A stretch of DNA of 64,000 nucleotides from IMG/VR virus record IMGVR_UViG_3300029908_000008, one strand, 5' to 3'. The notes under the pieces are model-generated. The model was not told where the DNA came from, ran no database searches, and saw nothing but the letters and a program-made list of their open reading frames with translations. Below are positions 21,961-31,497 of this stretch, piece by piece (the stretch's first letter is position 1; each line of letters opens with the position of its first letter). The translations under genes were made by a program, and so were the position numbers. This DNA is from an uncultured virus (IMG/VR IMGVR_UViG_3300029908_000008). Taxonomy: Duplodnaviria > Heunggongvirae > Uroviricota > Caudoviricetes.

Positions 21961-22209
21961 TTATTTTAGGTATTCCGGAGGAGTATTTTTAACTAATCTC
22001 AAATCTTTTTCTTCTACATATAATCTTTTGCCTGGCGAATAAGTAGTGTTGGATGTTGTATAATTATCTAATAATTTAACTAAATAATACTCACTAAATG
22101 ATTCAATTTCACATTTTATAGGTGATAAATTCTGTGCTTTTTCCAAGCGTAATATTTTGTTATTAACTAAATAACAAATGTCTTCTTTTTTAAATTTTTT
22201 AATTTTCAT
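21961..22209 (-). CDS. CPEYLK-tail family small protein
   Basis: PPEYLK tail. Confidence 0.85.
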   Translation of the reverse strand: MKIKKFKKEDICYLVNNKILRLEKAQNLSPIKCEIESFSEYYLVKLLDNYTTSNTTYSPGKRLYVEEKDLRLVKNTPPEYLK

Positions 22210-22498
22210 TTTTTAAATATTTTGGTATTTTTAATTCACAATGTTTAATATTTAAATAATAAATCTCACTTTCATATAGTAAGCCAATATTATTATATAA
22301 AGGCATTAGTTCGCAATATCCAGTATAATATCCGATATTTTTTATCAAATATTTATTATTATTATATAATACCAAATCTCCTATTCTAAATTTAAACTTG
22401 AAAATATATTTTTCATCTTCTGTGAGTTCAATAATTCTTAAAAAATAAAAAACACCAATAATCGTTACACATACTATAAAAACAAATACATTAATCAT
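22199..22498 (-). CDS. CPEYLK-tail family protein with N-terminal TM helix
   Basis: hydrophobic N-terminus, FRIGD, IPKYLK. Confidence 0.8.
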   Translation of the reverse strand: MINVFVFIVCVTIIGVFYFLRIIELTEDEKYIFKFKFRIGDLVLYNNNKYLIKNIGYYTGYCELMPLYNNIGLLYESEIYYLNIKHCELKIPKYLKNEN

Positions 22499-22667
22499 TT
22501 TTTAAATACTCTGGATATTTTTTAGATAATCTCAAAAAATCTTCTAACATCCAAAAATCACCATTGCGATCACTTTTATTAACTAAATAAAGTTCTGGAA
22601 CAGTACTATGAAAACCGACAATAATTACACGAGAAAGTTCACATATCTCCTTTTTAAATTTTCTCAT
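22491..22667 (-). CDS. CPEYLK-tail family small protein (58 aa, not in ORF track)
   Basis: MRKFKK...KYPEYLKND. Confidence 0.7.
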   Translation of the reverse strand: MRKFKKEICELSRVIIVGFHSTVPELYLVNKSDRNGDFWMLEDFLRLSKKYPEYLKND

Positions 22668-22866
22668 TTTTTAGATAATCTGGATATTTAATTAATTTAT
22701 AACTTCTTATTAAAATATCATTAGGTATATTACTTGCAATACCGCTACGAACTCCAAGAATTTCATAACCAAGAAATTTAGACTCATTAATAATTTTATA
22801 ATAATTACCATTTTTATATTTTAAAAAATCACCTACTATTAAATTGTCAAATTGAGATTGTGTCAT
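22654..22866 (-). CDS. CPEYLK-tail family small protein
   Basis: LIVGD...YPDYLK. Confidence 0.85.
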   Translation of the reverse strand: MTQSQFDNLIVGDFLKYKNGNYYKIINESKFLGYEILGVRSGIASNIPNDILIRSYKLIKYPDYLKNEKI

Positions 22867-23087
22867 GATTTTTGTTTAAAATATTCTGGACAATTTAATA
22901 CAAAACTCATTGTACTATAATAAATATTGGCCGAAGTTCCTTCTTTTGGAGGATGGGTAATTGATTTCAAACATTTTCCTGTGTAACTACAGTTGTCTAT
23001 ATTTTCTGTAATGACATATATTTCGTTATCAGCCCTAAGAGTGCCGTGTAATCTCACAATATCTCCAATTTTAAATACTCTTTCCAT
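22863..23087 (-). CDS. CPEYLK-tail family small protein
   Basis: FKIGD...NCPEYFKQ. Confidence 0.85.
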   Translation of the reverse strand: MERVFKIGDIVRLHGTLRADNEIYVITENIDNCSYTGKCLKSITHPPKEGTSANIYYSTMSFVLNCPEYFKQKS

Positions 23088-23608
23088 TTATCAATATGCC
23101 TCCATTGTAATGTTCCTTGAATGGCAACATCATAGAATAATTTACCATTCAAATGATCTATTTCATGTTGAGCAACAACAGCAGGAAAACCCTCAAAACA
23201 ATATATATTATTTTTACCTTCTAGGTTCATTGCTTTTATTTGGATTTTATAACTTCTTTCTACATTTCCAAACAATCCCGGTACACTCATACAACCTTCA
23301 TCACAAAATTGTGAACCATCTGCATCAATTATTTCAGGATTTATTAGTAATTCGGGTGCAAAATTTTTAGCACCCACAATAATCATTCTTTTACTATATC
23401 CAACTTGTGGGGCTGACATACCAACAAACCCATAAGAATAATGTCTCCACAATTCATTACTAATTTCAAGTAATTCTTCGCGCGATTCGTTCGATATTAT
23501 GTCTGAAACTTTTCTTAAGATAGGATCTGGAATTTTAATTCCAGGATTGGATGCAGATGTGTGATAATACATCTTTAAAAATGGTTCTGGTATCTGTAGT
23601 TCTTTCAT
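23054..23608 (-). CDS. def: peptide deformylase
   Basis: GMSAPQVG, EGCMSVPG and QHEIDHLNG motifs. Confidence 0.95.
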   Translation of the reverse strand: MKELQIPEPFLKMYYHTSASNPGIKIPDPILRKVSDIISNESREELLEISNELWRHYSYGFVGMSAPQVGYSKRMIIVGAKNFAPELLINPEIIDADGSQFCDEGCMSVPGLFGNVERSYKIQIKAMNLEGKNNIYCFEGFPAVVAQHEIDHLNGKLFYDVAIQGTLQWRHIDKWKEYLKLEIL

Positions 23609-23838
23609 AATTTTAAATATTTCGGACAATCTTTTAACAACGAAACACAATAAAAATATTTACTTGGTAATTCATATATTACGCCGATTCTATATTCATT
23701 ATTCATAGGAACCTCTAATAATTCTAATGTAATTCTATCATTATCTATGTGATTTATTTTCGATTTCATACCAAAAAAATTCAACTGGGCATTTTTATTC
23801 CAATATACAATATCACCTATCTTAAAATTACTTTTCAT
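23605..23838 (-). CDS. CPEYLK-tail family small protein
   Basis: FKIGD...DCPKYLKL; near-identical to 30597 gene. Confidence 0.85.
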   Translation of the reverse strand: MKSNFKIGDIVYWNKNAQLNFFGMKSKINHIDNDRITLELLEVPMNNEYRIGVIYELPSKYFYCVSLLKDCPKYLKL

Positions 23839-24071
23839 GATTGTTTTAAATATTCTGGACAATCTTTTAACAATGAGACATAATGATAATATTTACTTAG
23901 CAATGCATATCTTTCGCTGAGTCTATTATTTTAATTCATAGGAACTTCTAATAATTCCACTGTCGTTCTATCATTATCTATATTAATTATTTTCGATTTC
24001 ATACCAAAAAAACTCAACGCGGCATTTTCATTCCAATATACAATATCACCTATCTTAAAATTTGTTTTCAT
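23835..24071 (-). pseudogene. CPEYLK-family paralogue with internal TAA
   Basis: MKTNFKIGDIVYW...EVPMN*...DCPEYLKQS. Confidence 0.8.
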
Positions 24072-24292
24072 GATTGTTTTAAATATTTCGGACAATTATT
24101 AATTGTATCAAATTCTTCTTCGTATATCAAAAAATCATACTTGTATATATTGTGACTATACTTGAGTTTTTTATTACAAAACTGTATTTTTATAGTTACA
24201 TCACTAATAAACAAAACTTTACATATCTCGCCAAGGGCATATGCCCACGCGGCTCCTTTAGTGCGCAAAATATCTCCTTCTTTAATTTTCAT
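24068..24292 (-). CDS. CPEYLK-tail family small protein
   Basis: IKEGD...NCPKYLKQS. Confidence 0.85.
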   Translation of the reverse strand: MKIKEGDILRTKGAAWAYALGEICKVLFISDVTIKIQFCNKKLKYSHNIYKYDFLIYEEEFDTINNCPKYLKQS

Positions 24293-24497
24293 TTTTTAAA
24301 TATTCTGGACAATTGCCCATTATCCTCATATATTTGTTAATCCATAAATAATCTGAATCATTAAGTACAAAGGAAGCACTGATTAAATTAAATTTACATA
24401 TATCGCATAATCCATCACAGTCACAAGAATAATAAAAATACCCCCAAAGATGCTTTGTAGCACATGTATTGCAAACTTTTATTTCATTTCCTTTCAT
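24282..24497 (-). CDS. Cys-rich domain carrying CPEYLK tail
   Basis: CNTC and CDIC pairs; ends NCPEYLK. Confidence 0.8.
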   Translation of the reverse strand: MKGNEIKVCNTCATKHLWGYFYYSCDCDGLCDICKFNLISASFVLNDSDYLWINKYMRIMGNCPEYLKNEN

Positions 24498-24507
24498 TAA
24501 CTTTTAT

Positions 24508-25185
24508 CTAAACTATTAAATACATAAATAATATACCTAAACTAAACAAAAAACAATTAGTAAATCTATTAACATTAGATTTATGACATTCTGGAACTAG
24601 TATCGACGCGCCGAGATATAAAAACATACCTGTAAAAATTGCAAGAATTTCGCTCATTAATATCTTGCTTGGGTTAATTAATAATGAAATACCCACACCT
24701 ATAAAGGGCATAATTGAATCAATTAATAACCATTTTAATTTATTATTGTTTACGATTGTTACAGCGTTAAAACCGTCAGCCAAATCATGAAAAATTATTC
24801 CACAACTAACAGCAATACCGATTGCAGGGTTTACCTTAAAAGTTAAACCTATCATTAATCCATCACATATTGAATGTGCGCAAAGTGCTAATACATTGCA
24901 ATAATTATGAAATTTATTATCACAATTATTTTCTGTTCTTTTTGATAAAGAAAACCAGTTGTTAATTATAAAATATAAACCAAAACCAATTGATATAAAC
25001 GGTAATATTTTTTTAAGATTATTAAGTTCTGCCGACTCTGGAAGAAGATCAAAAATTCCAACACCAACCACGCTACCAGCCGCGAAACTGGACAATAAAT
25101 TTGAGTATTTGGATAATTTAATTCCAAATAATCCTCCAATCATAGTTGTGAATGACGTGATTAGAATTAAAAAAAATAATTTCAT
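24508..25185 (-). CDS. ZIP-family metal transporter
   Basis: multi-TM; FAAG, DLLPE, HSICDG, HDLADG, LVPECH. Confidence 0.9.
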   Translation of the reverse strand: MKLFFLILITSFTTMIGGLFGIKLSKYSNLLSSFAAGSVVGVGIFDLLPESAELNNLKKILPFISIGFGLYFIINNWFSLSKRTENNCDNKFHNYCNVLALCAHSICDGLMIGLTFKVNPAIGIAVSCGIIFHDLADGFNAVTIVNNNKLKWLLIDSIMPFIGVGISLLINPSKILMSEILAIFTGMFLYLGASILVPECHKSNVNRFTNCFLFSLGILFMYLIV

Positions 25186-25188
25186 ATT

Positions 25189-25431
25189 TTATAAATACAG
25201 TGGCTTCTTACGTTTACTATTTATCACATAATGTTTAATAATTTCTGCACATTTCTGCACATCTGATTCAGAACCAAGCCAGGCCGATTCTGAATAAAGA
25301 CGATAATAAGCACAGTGTCCAAAACCTTTAGGTTCAAAAGTCACACACATTCTGCCTACAAAAAGAATAAGAGGCCCATCATAATTGTATTTTATTTGTA
25401 AATTATCTAAAATAGTTTTCAATTCATCCAC
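25189..25431 (-). CDS. small protein with KPLYL tail
   Basis: GTG start after promoter motif; ends KKPLYL. Confidence 0.7.
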   Translation of the reverse strand: MDELKTILDNLQIKYNYDGPLILFVGRMCVTFEPKGFGHCAYYRLYSESAWLGSESDVQKCAEIIKHYVINSKRKKPLYL

Positions 25432-25460
25432 GATTATTATACTTTTTATTTTTAATGTGA
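25432..25460 (-). promoter_or_regulatory. conserved phage promoter motif
   Basis: TTAAAAATAAAAAGTATAAT-AATC-GTG. Confidence 0.7.
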
Positions 25461-25504
25461 ATTTCTTGTCAGGTACTTATTATAATAAGTATTAAATTAT
25501 AAAT

Positions 25505-26125
25505 ATGCCATATACACAACATAAAGGAATAGATGCTAGTCATTATGATGGAAATCCAGAAGTAGACATGCATCTCGCTAAAAAATCCGGAATAGATTTT
25601 TGGTTTGAAAAAGCATCTGAGGGGCTTGTAAAAGACCCTACATTCGCCAATCGACAACCTAGAATTAGGGCTACATTTCCAATTAGGGGTTGGTATCATT
25701 TTTGTCATTGTGATGGAATTGATCCAAAATTACAAGGCATTTTTTTTGCTGATACAATCGGTAAACTTCAAGATCATGAATACGCGGCGTTTGATATAGA
25801 ACAAGGATGGGGATCACTTACGGGCGAAGAAGGTATTCAGTATCTTCTAAAATTAATCAGTGCTTTTAAATTTAAAACAGGATCAAAAGATAATCAAATT
25901 ATTATTTATGGATCATTAGGCTGGCTTCGAGGACAATTTGGTGAATCACTATCAAAACTGACTAATTGGCATTTATGGGCCGCGCGGTATAATAGCACCT
26001 TGGGTGACACTAGTCCATGGTCAGCGGCATTAATTTGGCAAAATTCTGAAACAGGAAACATTAATGGTGTTAATAATAAAAATGCTGATACTGATATTTG
26101 GCTAGATGGTCATTGGCCATTATGA
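25505..26125 (+). CDS. GH25 lysozyme (muramidase, candidate endolysin)
   Basis: GIDASHY, KASEG, GWYHF, DIE, LWAARY, IWQ, DTD motifs. Confidence 0.9.
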   Translation: MPYTQHKGIDASHYDGNPEVDMHLAKKSGIDFWFEKASEGLVKDPTFANRQPRIRATFPIRGWYHFCHCDGIDPKLQGIFFADTIGKLQDHEYAAFDIEQGWGSLTGEEGIQYLLKLISAFKFKTGSKDNQIIIYGSLGWLRGQFGESLSKLTNWHLWAARYNSTLGDTSPWSAALIWQNSETGNINGVNNKNADTDIWLDGHWPL

Positions 26126-26310
26126 TATTTGAGATAGTTTTCAAGATAGTCTGGTATATTGATTGTGTGATGCCTAGGTATTACAAAATGCCTAACATTA
26201 TCAATTAATGGAAAACTCAATTTGTTTTTTTGTGGATTTGAAGAATGATTAGGATTATTAAAAATAATCGGACCATTATGACTTCCTGTGGATATAGAGA
26301 TTATTATCAT
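26110..26310 (-). CDS. small protein with IPDYL tail
   Basis: IPDYLE near C-terminus. Confidence 0.5.
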   Translation of the reverse strand: MIIISISTGSHNGPIIFNNPNHSSNPQKNKLSFPLIDNVRHFVIPRHHTINIPDYLENYLKYHNGQ

Positions 26311-26516
26311 TTTAAATATTTTGGACAATTATTAAATAAGCGAATTTTTGATTGATGAATACAATAAGGAACATTGTTATCTATATTAATCATATATATA
26401 TAATGACTGCTATACTCCGCATCACGTTTTTGAACTCTCATTAAAAGGCCTTTGTAAATTACAAGATCACCTTCTTGAAATTTTAATCTTTTTCCTTTAA
26501 ATTTTTGTTTTTTCAT
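26307..26516 (-). CDS. CPEYLK-tail family small protein
   Basis: FQEGD...NCPKYLK. Confidence 0.85.
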   Translation of the reverse strand: MKKQKFKGKRLKFQEGDLVIYKGLLMRVQKRDAEYSSHYIYMINIDNNVPYCIHQSKIRLFNNCPKYLK

Positions 26517-26700
26517 GTTTTAAATATTCTGGATAATGACAATGAAACCGTGGTTTAGGTAATTCGTCAATCAATAAAAGTTTTGGATAACAAATCGCAT
26601 TTGAAATTGGAGCAACCATAGCATCTGCTAAAGATTTTCTTCCCTCATATGAATCTAACGCCTGGATTATAATATTCTGCTTTATAATATCATGTTTCAC
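26497..26700 (-). CDS. small protein with YPEYLK tail; body resembles a capsid-protein N-terminal fragment
   Basis: ALDSYEGRKSLADAMVAPI...KLLLIDELP. Confidence 0.6.
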   Translation of the reverse strand: MKHDIIKQNIIIQALDSYEGRKSLADAMVAPISNAICYPKLLLIDELPKPRFHCHYPEYLKHEKTKI

Positions 26701-26707
26701 AAATTAT

Positions 26708-27106
26708 TTATACATTTTTAATAATTTGTGAAGAACTTCTAATTTTATCTCCTAACCCATCAACAATTTTTATATTTAGCATGTCGCAAACTTCTTTTTC
26801 AGGTATTTCTCCGGCGAAACGGTCGCCACCTTTTGCAAAAATATTTGGAACAATAATTTTCAATGTATTACAACAACTTTTATCTTGGTCAATTGCAAGT
26901 ACTACCTCATCAACCATTTTTAATGATGAAATAATCCTTACACGATCTTCCTCGCACATTAATGATTTACTTTTCTTTAATGATGCTTGATAATCATTAT
27001 TTACAATCACAATTAAATAATCACCTAGTAATTTTGCTTTTTCAAAACACTCAATATGCCCCACATGTAACGGGTCATAGTAACCGCTAGTGCAAACTTT
27101 AATCAT
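26708..27106 (-). CDS. cytidylyltransferase-like nucleotidyltransferase
   Basis: GYYDPLHVGH, KGGD and RSSS motifs. Confidence 0.9.
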   Translation of the reverse strand: MIKVCTSGYYDPLHVGHIECFEKAKLLGDYLIVIVNNDYQASLKKSKSLMCEEDRVRIISSLKMVDEVVLAIDQDKSCCNTLKIIVPNIFAKGGDRFAGEIPEKEVCDMLNIKIVDGLGDKIRSSSQIIKNV

Positions 27107-27642
27107 AATCTTATCGTAATAGAGAAATTAACACTATTATCATTTATTGATACTGAATTAAACAATAATTTAGGAATAGACATAATTATATTGCCTTTAA
27201 ACTCATAACTATTAATTTTATATTTTTTTAGTTCAGACATAATTAGACTATTGATTTTAGACCGGATAAATCCAAAAAATGATAAACCTAATATTGTAGA
27301 ATCTAGAATATTAATTTGAATGTTATTATCTATCGCTGATAAACCTATCTTAATTTGCGCTACTGATTTTTTAATAATTATTGAATTATCAATAATAGAT
27401 ATTGGCAAAAATGAAGGAATATCAGATTGACATAAATTAAGATACATCTATTTCTATTGTAAGATGATCCTTTTCCATGGCTTTGTTCATGAAAATGTGA
27501 GAGCCTTGGAACACCACACCCTTCAACATACTTTTCGCAACTTCCAAATTAAGTCCTGGAACTAACTGTTCTAATAAAATAATTGAATCTGTAATTTCAG
27601 GGTCCGTGATGCTAATTTTCGCCATACATTAATTATACAATT

Positions 27643-28224
27643 TTATTGTTCTAATAATTTTGCTACAGAATTATCAATATCTGATTTAAAAGGCTCTTTT
27701 CCTAGTGATATTTCTGGCACCCAACTGTTCATTTTAACAGCAACTTTGGTCCCGTCAGTAGCGGCAGTCATATAAGATGCATAATATTCCACAAGGTAAT
27801 AAAATGTCCGATTATTTAAATCAAATTCTCTATCTAAAATCATACCTTTGGTTTCAAAGGGCAATACTCCAAACCCATTTTTGTGAGTTACTAGTATTCC
27901 TACATCAAACATTGGATTTGGTCTAGAAGTGTTTTCTCTAATAAGTGCTTTTGCATACTCTTCAAAACTATATTTGTCCACATTGTCTGCAAGTACATAA
28001 TATTCTGGCTCATTTAATTGCTGTGCCACTTGTGAATAAGCCTGTTTAATCATGCTTAATAGAGCCTGTTGATCTGGAGAATCATTCCCATGATTTCTCC
28101 TGCTCGTAGGTGCAAAAATAGAATATAAGTGGCCATTTAGTTCAACCCTATATCCTAATGATATTAATTGGAATATTAAATCACTTAAACTGCTTGCATT
28201 ATTATTGTTAAATATTTTTTTCAT
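27643..28224 (-). CDS. hypothetical protein
   Basis: 193-aa ORF. Confidence 0.75.
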   Translation of the reverse strand: MKKIFNNNNASSLSDLIFQLISLGYRVELNGHLYSIFAPTSRRNHGNDSPDQQALLSMIKQAYSQVAQQLNEPEYYVLADNVDKYSFEEYAKALIRENTSRPNPMFDVGILVTHKNGFGVLPFETKGMILDREFDLNNRTFYYLVEYYASYMTAATDGTKVAVKMNSWVPEISLGKEPFKSDIDNSVAKLLEQ

Positions 28225-28464
28225 AATTTATTTTGTTTTTATTGACCATTTATCAGGGATTCCTGACCATGTGTGGGAACCATTAAATGACAAGTCTGTA
28301 GGAATTAATTTTACCACACGAACAATATCAATACTATATTTATCTTTCCAATGATTTAGTGTACGCTCATCTTCTGCAATCTCAAAAACAATCCATTCTT
28401 GATTTTGAAAACCTCCATGCACCGCATCTCCAATCTTTAGTTCTATCCATCTTTCATTAGTCAT

Positions 28465-28493
28465 ACCATATTATATTTTTTATTTTTATTGAG
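28465..28493 (-). promoter_or_regulatory. conserved phage promoter motif
   Basis: CAATAAAAATAAAAAATATAAT-ATGGT-ATG. Confidence 0.7.
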
Positions 28494-28503
28494 AATTTTT
28501 AAA

Positions 28504-29256
28504 TTAAGGCAATTGACTAACCAAACTCACATTGTATTTTCTTCTAGGAGCCAGAGGTCCTACAGCCGTAATTACTGTCATGGACAAATTGTACAGTTCT
28601 ACAAACGAATTTCCTACGGAATTCTCACTACCAATGTATACCCAAGATTGTGTTGCGAATTGTATTGTATTGACATTATAAGTTGGTAATGGGGAAATTA
28701 ACCATGTAAAAGATGAATATAATGAATTATTAACTAAAGTGTTTGGAACATTATAAAGATTATTTAAAGGCCCTGTCGGGCCTTTAACATATGTTTCAAT
28801 ACCTAATAAAGTTACCGGTGTAACGTTTACTGGTGGTGTCCCATCAAATAGACCAACCCTTACGGGATAAACCGGTGCCCAAGTGCCATTAAAATTCATA
28901 TTACATATCAGATATACACCTGAATCTCCAGTAGTATAAGCATTGAAACTAAAATATATACCTGTTATATATTCATTATATGGAATTACAGGGCCAGTCG
29001 GATTAGACGCTAAAATTGGCCAAGAAATCAAATCTCTAACATTGCCTCCGCCACCAGAACCATCATTTGGACAATCAATAAAAGTAGGACCAGTATTAGA
29101 AGGCCCAGTGGCTGAAAGCCAGCCTGAAGGATAGATCCAGTCAGTATAACCAACAGCACCTACACCTACGGGAACGGTAGCGCCTGTGAATCCAGAAGAT
29201 GAAGGTAAATTCTTTACTTCATTAGCATTTTGAAATGTGTAGGTGTAAGTGCCCAT
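28504..29256 (-). CDS. probable virion structural protein (TGP-rich)
   Basis: G/T/P/N-rich, low charge, repeated TGP. Confidence 0.55.
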   Translation of the reverse strand: MGTYTYTFQNANEVKNLPSSSGFTGATVPVGVGAVGYTDWIYPSGWLSATGPSNTGPTFIDCPNDGSGGGGNVRDLISWPILASNPTGPVIPYNEYITGIYFSFNAYTTGDSGVYLICNMNFNGTWAPVYPVRVGLFDGTPPVNVTPVTLLGIETYVKGPTGPLNNLYNVPNTLVNNSLYSSFTWLISPLPTYNVNTIQFATQSWVYIGSENSVGNSFVELYNLSMTVITAVGPLAPRRKYNVSLVSQLP

Positions 29257-29669
29257 TTTTATTATATTTCTATTTTATGACTGTTTCTACCTCATCACTA
29301 AATTCCAGAGTTCCCCCAAACGATTATCTAAGGAGGATTTCATGAATAAATCTGCGCGGTCTTTCACAGGTTCATTTTCATATGGGTAGTTCATCACATT
29401 TAAAATAAACAATAAATGTTCTTCAGTTAAATCCGTAACACACATTAACAATTCTCTTTTTTGTTCCACAGTGAGAAATTCAGGAATAGAAGATTGATAA
29501 ATTTTTGCTTCTGATTCTAAATATTCTGTTAATTCTGGAAAATATTGTTGATCTTTGGGCAGAGCCTTATTTTCAGCCATTAATTTTTGTAAATCATCAT
29601 GATTACACATGATTAGTGATTGTTCAAGAATTTTTTTTAATAACTTAACTGTTAGTTTCATTGAAAATA

Positions 29670-30329
29670 TTATACATTTAAATTCATTTTTAAATGATAA
29701 TCATACAAAGCAATACTTGCCGCGCAACTTACATTAATAGATCTATTTGACGCAAACGATGAAATAGCAACAATATCATCTGACATTTCTAAAAATTCAG
29801 AACAAATCCCTAGACCTTCATTACCCACAATGATTAAAATTCGCTTATTATAGTCCCATTTATAATTATTTATTGAAGTACTACCTTCACAATTTTCTAG
29901 ACAAACAATTTTATCAAAATCATTTTTTATTAAATTAAAATCGTCAAGATCTTTCACATGATTTAAATTCAAATGGTTATGGGCGTTAATTGCACCTTTC
30001 CTATTATATTTTTTATCACCATAAATATAAACCTTCTTGCATCCAAAATTAAGTGAAGATCTTAAAATAACAGCCAAATTTAAATCTGAAACTAAATTAC
30101 AAGTCATTAAAAATAAATTAGGAAACCTTCGTGATTCCAAATCTGCAAGAATAACTTCTTCTGATAGATGCTTATATTGATCAATAATTGCACGATTATC
30201 CGCACATTCAAAGCCTGAATCTCTGCATCTTTTTTGAAACTGCAATAGAGATTCACCAATCTCCATCTTTAATATTTCGGCAGAGGGGCGATGATCTGAT
30301 TCTGAAAATTTATATCCACGATAACTCAT
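29670..30329 (-). CDS. SpoU/TrmH-family RNA methyltransferase
   Basis: NLAVILRS, GNEGLGI and SINVSCAASI motifs. Confidence 0.9.
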   Translation of the reverse strand: MSYRGYKFSESDHRPSAEILKMEIGESLLQFQKRCRDSGFECADNRAIIDQYKHLSEEVILADLESRRFPNLFLMTCNLVSDLNLAVILRSSLNFGCKKVYIYGDKKYNRKGAINAHNHLNLNHVKDLDDFNLIKNDFDKIVCLENCEGSTSINNYKWDYNKRILIIVGNEGLGICSEFLEMSDDIVAISSFASNRSINVSCAASIALYDYHLKMNLNV

Positions 30330-30351
30330 ATTACAATTATGATTTCTATTT

Positions 30352-30600
30352 TTATTGAGAAATTTTTAAATAATCTGGACAATCTTTTTTAAAGAACTTA
30401 TTAAAAAGATGAACGCGGTCACGTAATAATATTTGTTTAACATCGCCTGATTTATAATTTAAAAAATCATCAATTAACATTACACTAATTACGTTAAGTG
30501 AAATTTTAATAATCCTCATTCTTTTTCTTTTATTTTTTTCATAATAGATAGGTGATGTAAAAATAATATCACCTATCTTTAAATTTTCTATTTTAATCAT
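30352..30600 (-). CDS. CPEYLK-tail family small protein
   Basis: LKIGD...DCPDYLK. Confidence 0.85.
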   Translation of the reverse strand: MIKIENLKIGDIIFTSPIYYEKNKRKRMRIIKISLNVISVMLIDDFLNYKSGDVKQILLRDRVHLFNKFFKKDCPDYLKISQ

Positions 30601-30824
30601 AATTTTAAATATTTCGGACAATTTCTCAACAACGAAATACATTTTGTACTTTCCAACTTATATATTACGCCGATTCTATATTCATTATTCATAGGAACCT
30701 CTAATAATTCTAATGTAATTCTGTCATTATCTATATGATTTATTTTCGATTTCATACCAAAAAAATTCAACTGGGCATTTTTATTCCAATATACAATATC
30801 ACCTATCTTAAAATTTGTTTTCAT
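30597..30824 (-). CDS. CPEYLK-tail family small protein
   Basis: near-identical to 23605 gene. Confidence 0.85.
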   Translation of the reverse strand: MKTNFKIGDIVYWNKNAQLNFFGMKSKINHIDNDRITLELLEVPMNNEYRIGVIYKLESTKCISLLRNCPKYLKL

Positions 30825-31036
30825 GATTGTTTTAAATATTTCGGACAATTCCCCACTAATCTCCAGTATTTTAAAAAATATAAACTTGTAATAGCGCGTA
30901 CTGAAACATTTTCTGGATCATCAAACCTTTGTGTTTTGAACAATTGTTCATCTACATAAATAACTTTAATTATAACAGGCACAGTAAAATCATGAGTTGC
31001 AAAAAGATCACCAATTTTTATTTTATCTAGTTTCAT
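30821..31036 (-). CDS. CPEYLK-tail family small protein
   Basis: IKIGD...NCPKYLKQS. Confidence 0.85.
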   Translation of the reverse strand: MKLDKIKIGDLFATHDFTVPVIIKVIYVDEQLFKTQRFDDPENVSVRAITSLYFLKYWRLVGNCPKYLKQS

Positions 31037-31269
31037 TTTAAATATTCTGAACAATTAAGTAAATTTATGTCATAAATTGTTTTTCAATCTTTTAATTGCC
31101 GCTTCTTCACCTAACATTGGTGGAATTTTTGCTTTAATTTCTGGTTTAGAAAAAAATATTTGTTGCGCATTAATAGAAAATGCAAAATCTGGATGATTTA
31201 TTTTAAAAAGAAAATCTAATCTCTCTAATAATTTTATTTCTTCTATAGTGAAAATAAGTTGTTTCATTA

Positions 31270-31497
31270 TTATTTAAGATACTCTGGAATTTTATTGACT
31301 GTTGATAGTATTAGATTATCAAAATACCATTCTAAATTCAGAGAATTGAATGTTTCTCCAGGTTTATAATGTAAATATGAGTCAATTAATTTTAAAGAAA
31401 TACTAACGTCATCTATTTTTATAATTTCCAATCTCGGGCAAGTCCATCCAAATTTTGGTACTTTAACAATATCACCTATCTTAAATTTATTTTTCAT
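31270..31497 (-). CDS. CPEYLK-tail family small protein
   Basis: FKIGD...IPEYLK. Confidence 0.85.
   Translation of the reverse strand: MKNKFKIGDIVKVPKFGWTCPRLEIIKIDDVSISLKLIDSYLHYKPGETFNSLNLEWYFDNLILSTVNKIPEYLK

Noticed and set aside
23605..30824. Diversity-generating retroelement template/variable repeat pair
   Set aside because: No reverse transcriptase is visible in the window, and differences between copies include indels and are not confined to adenines.
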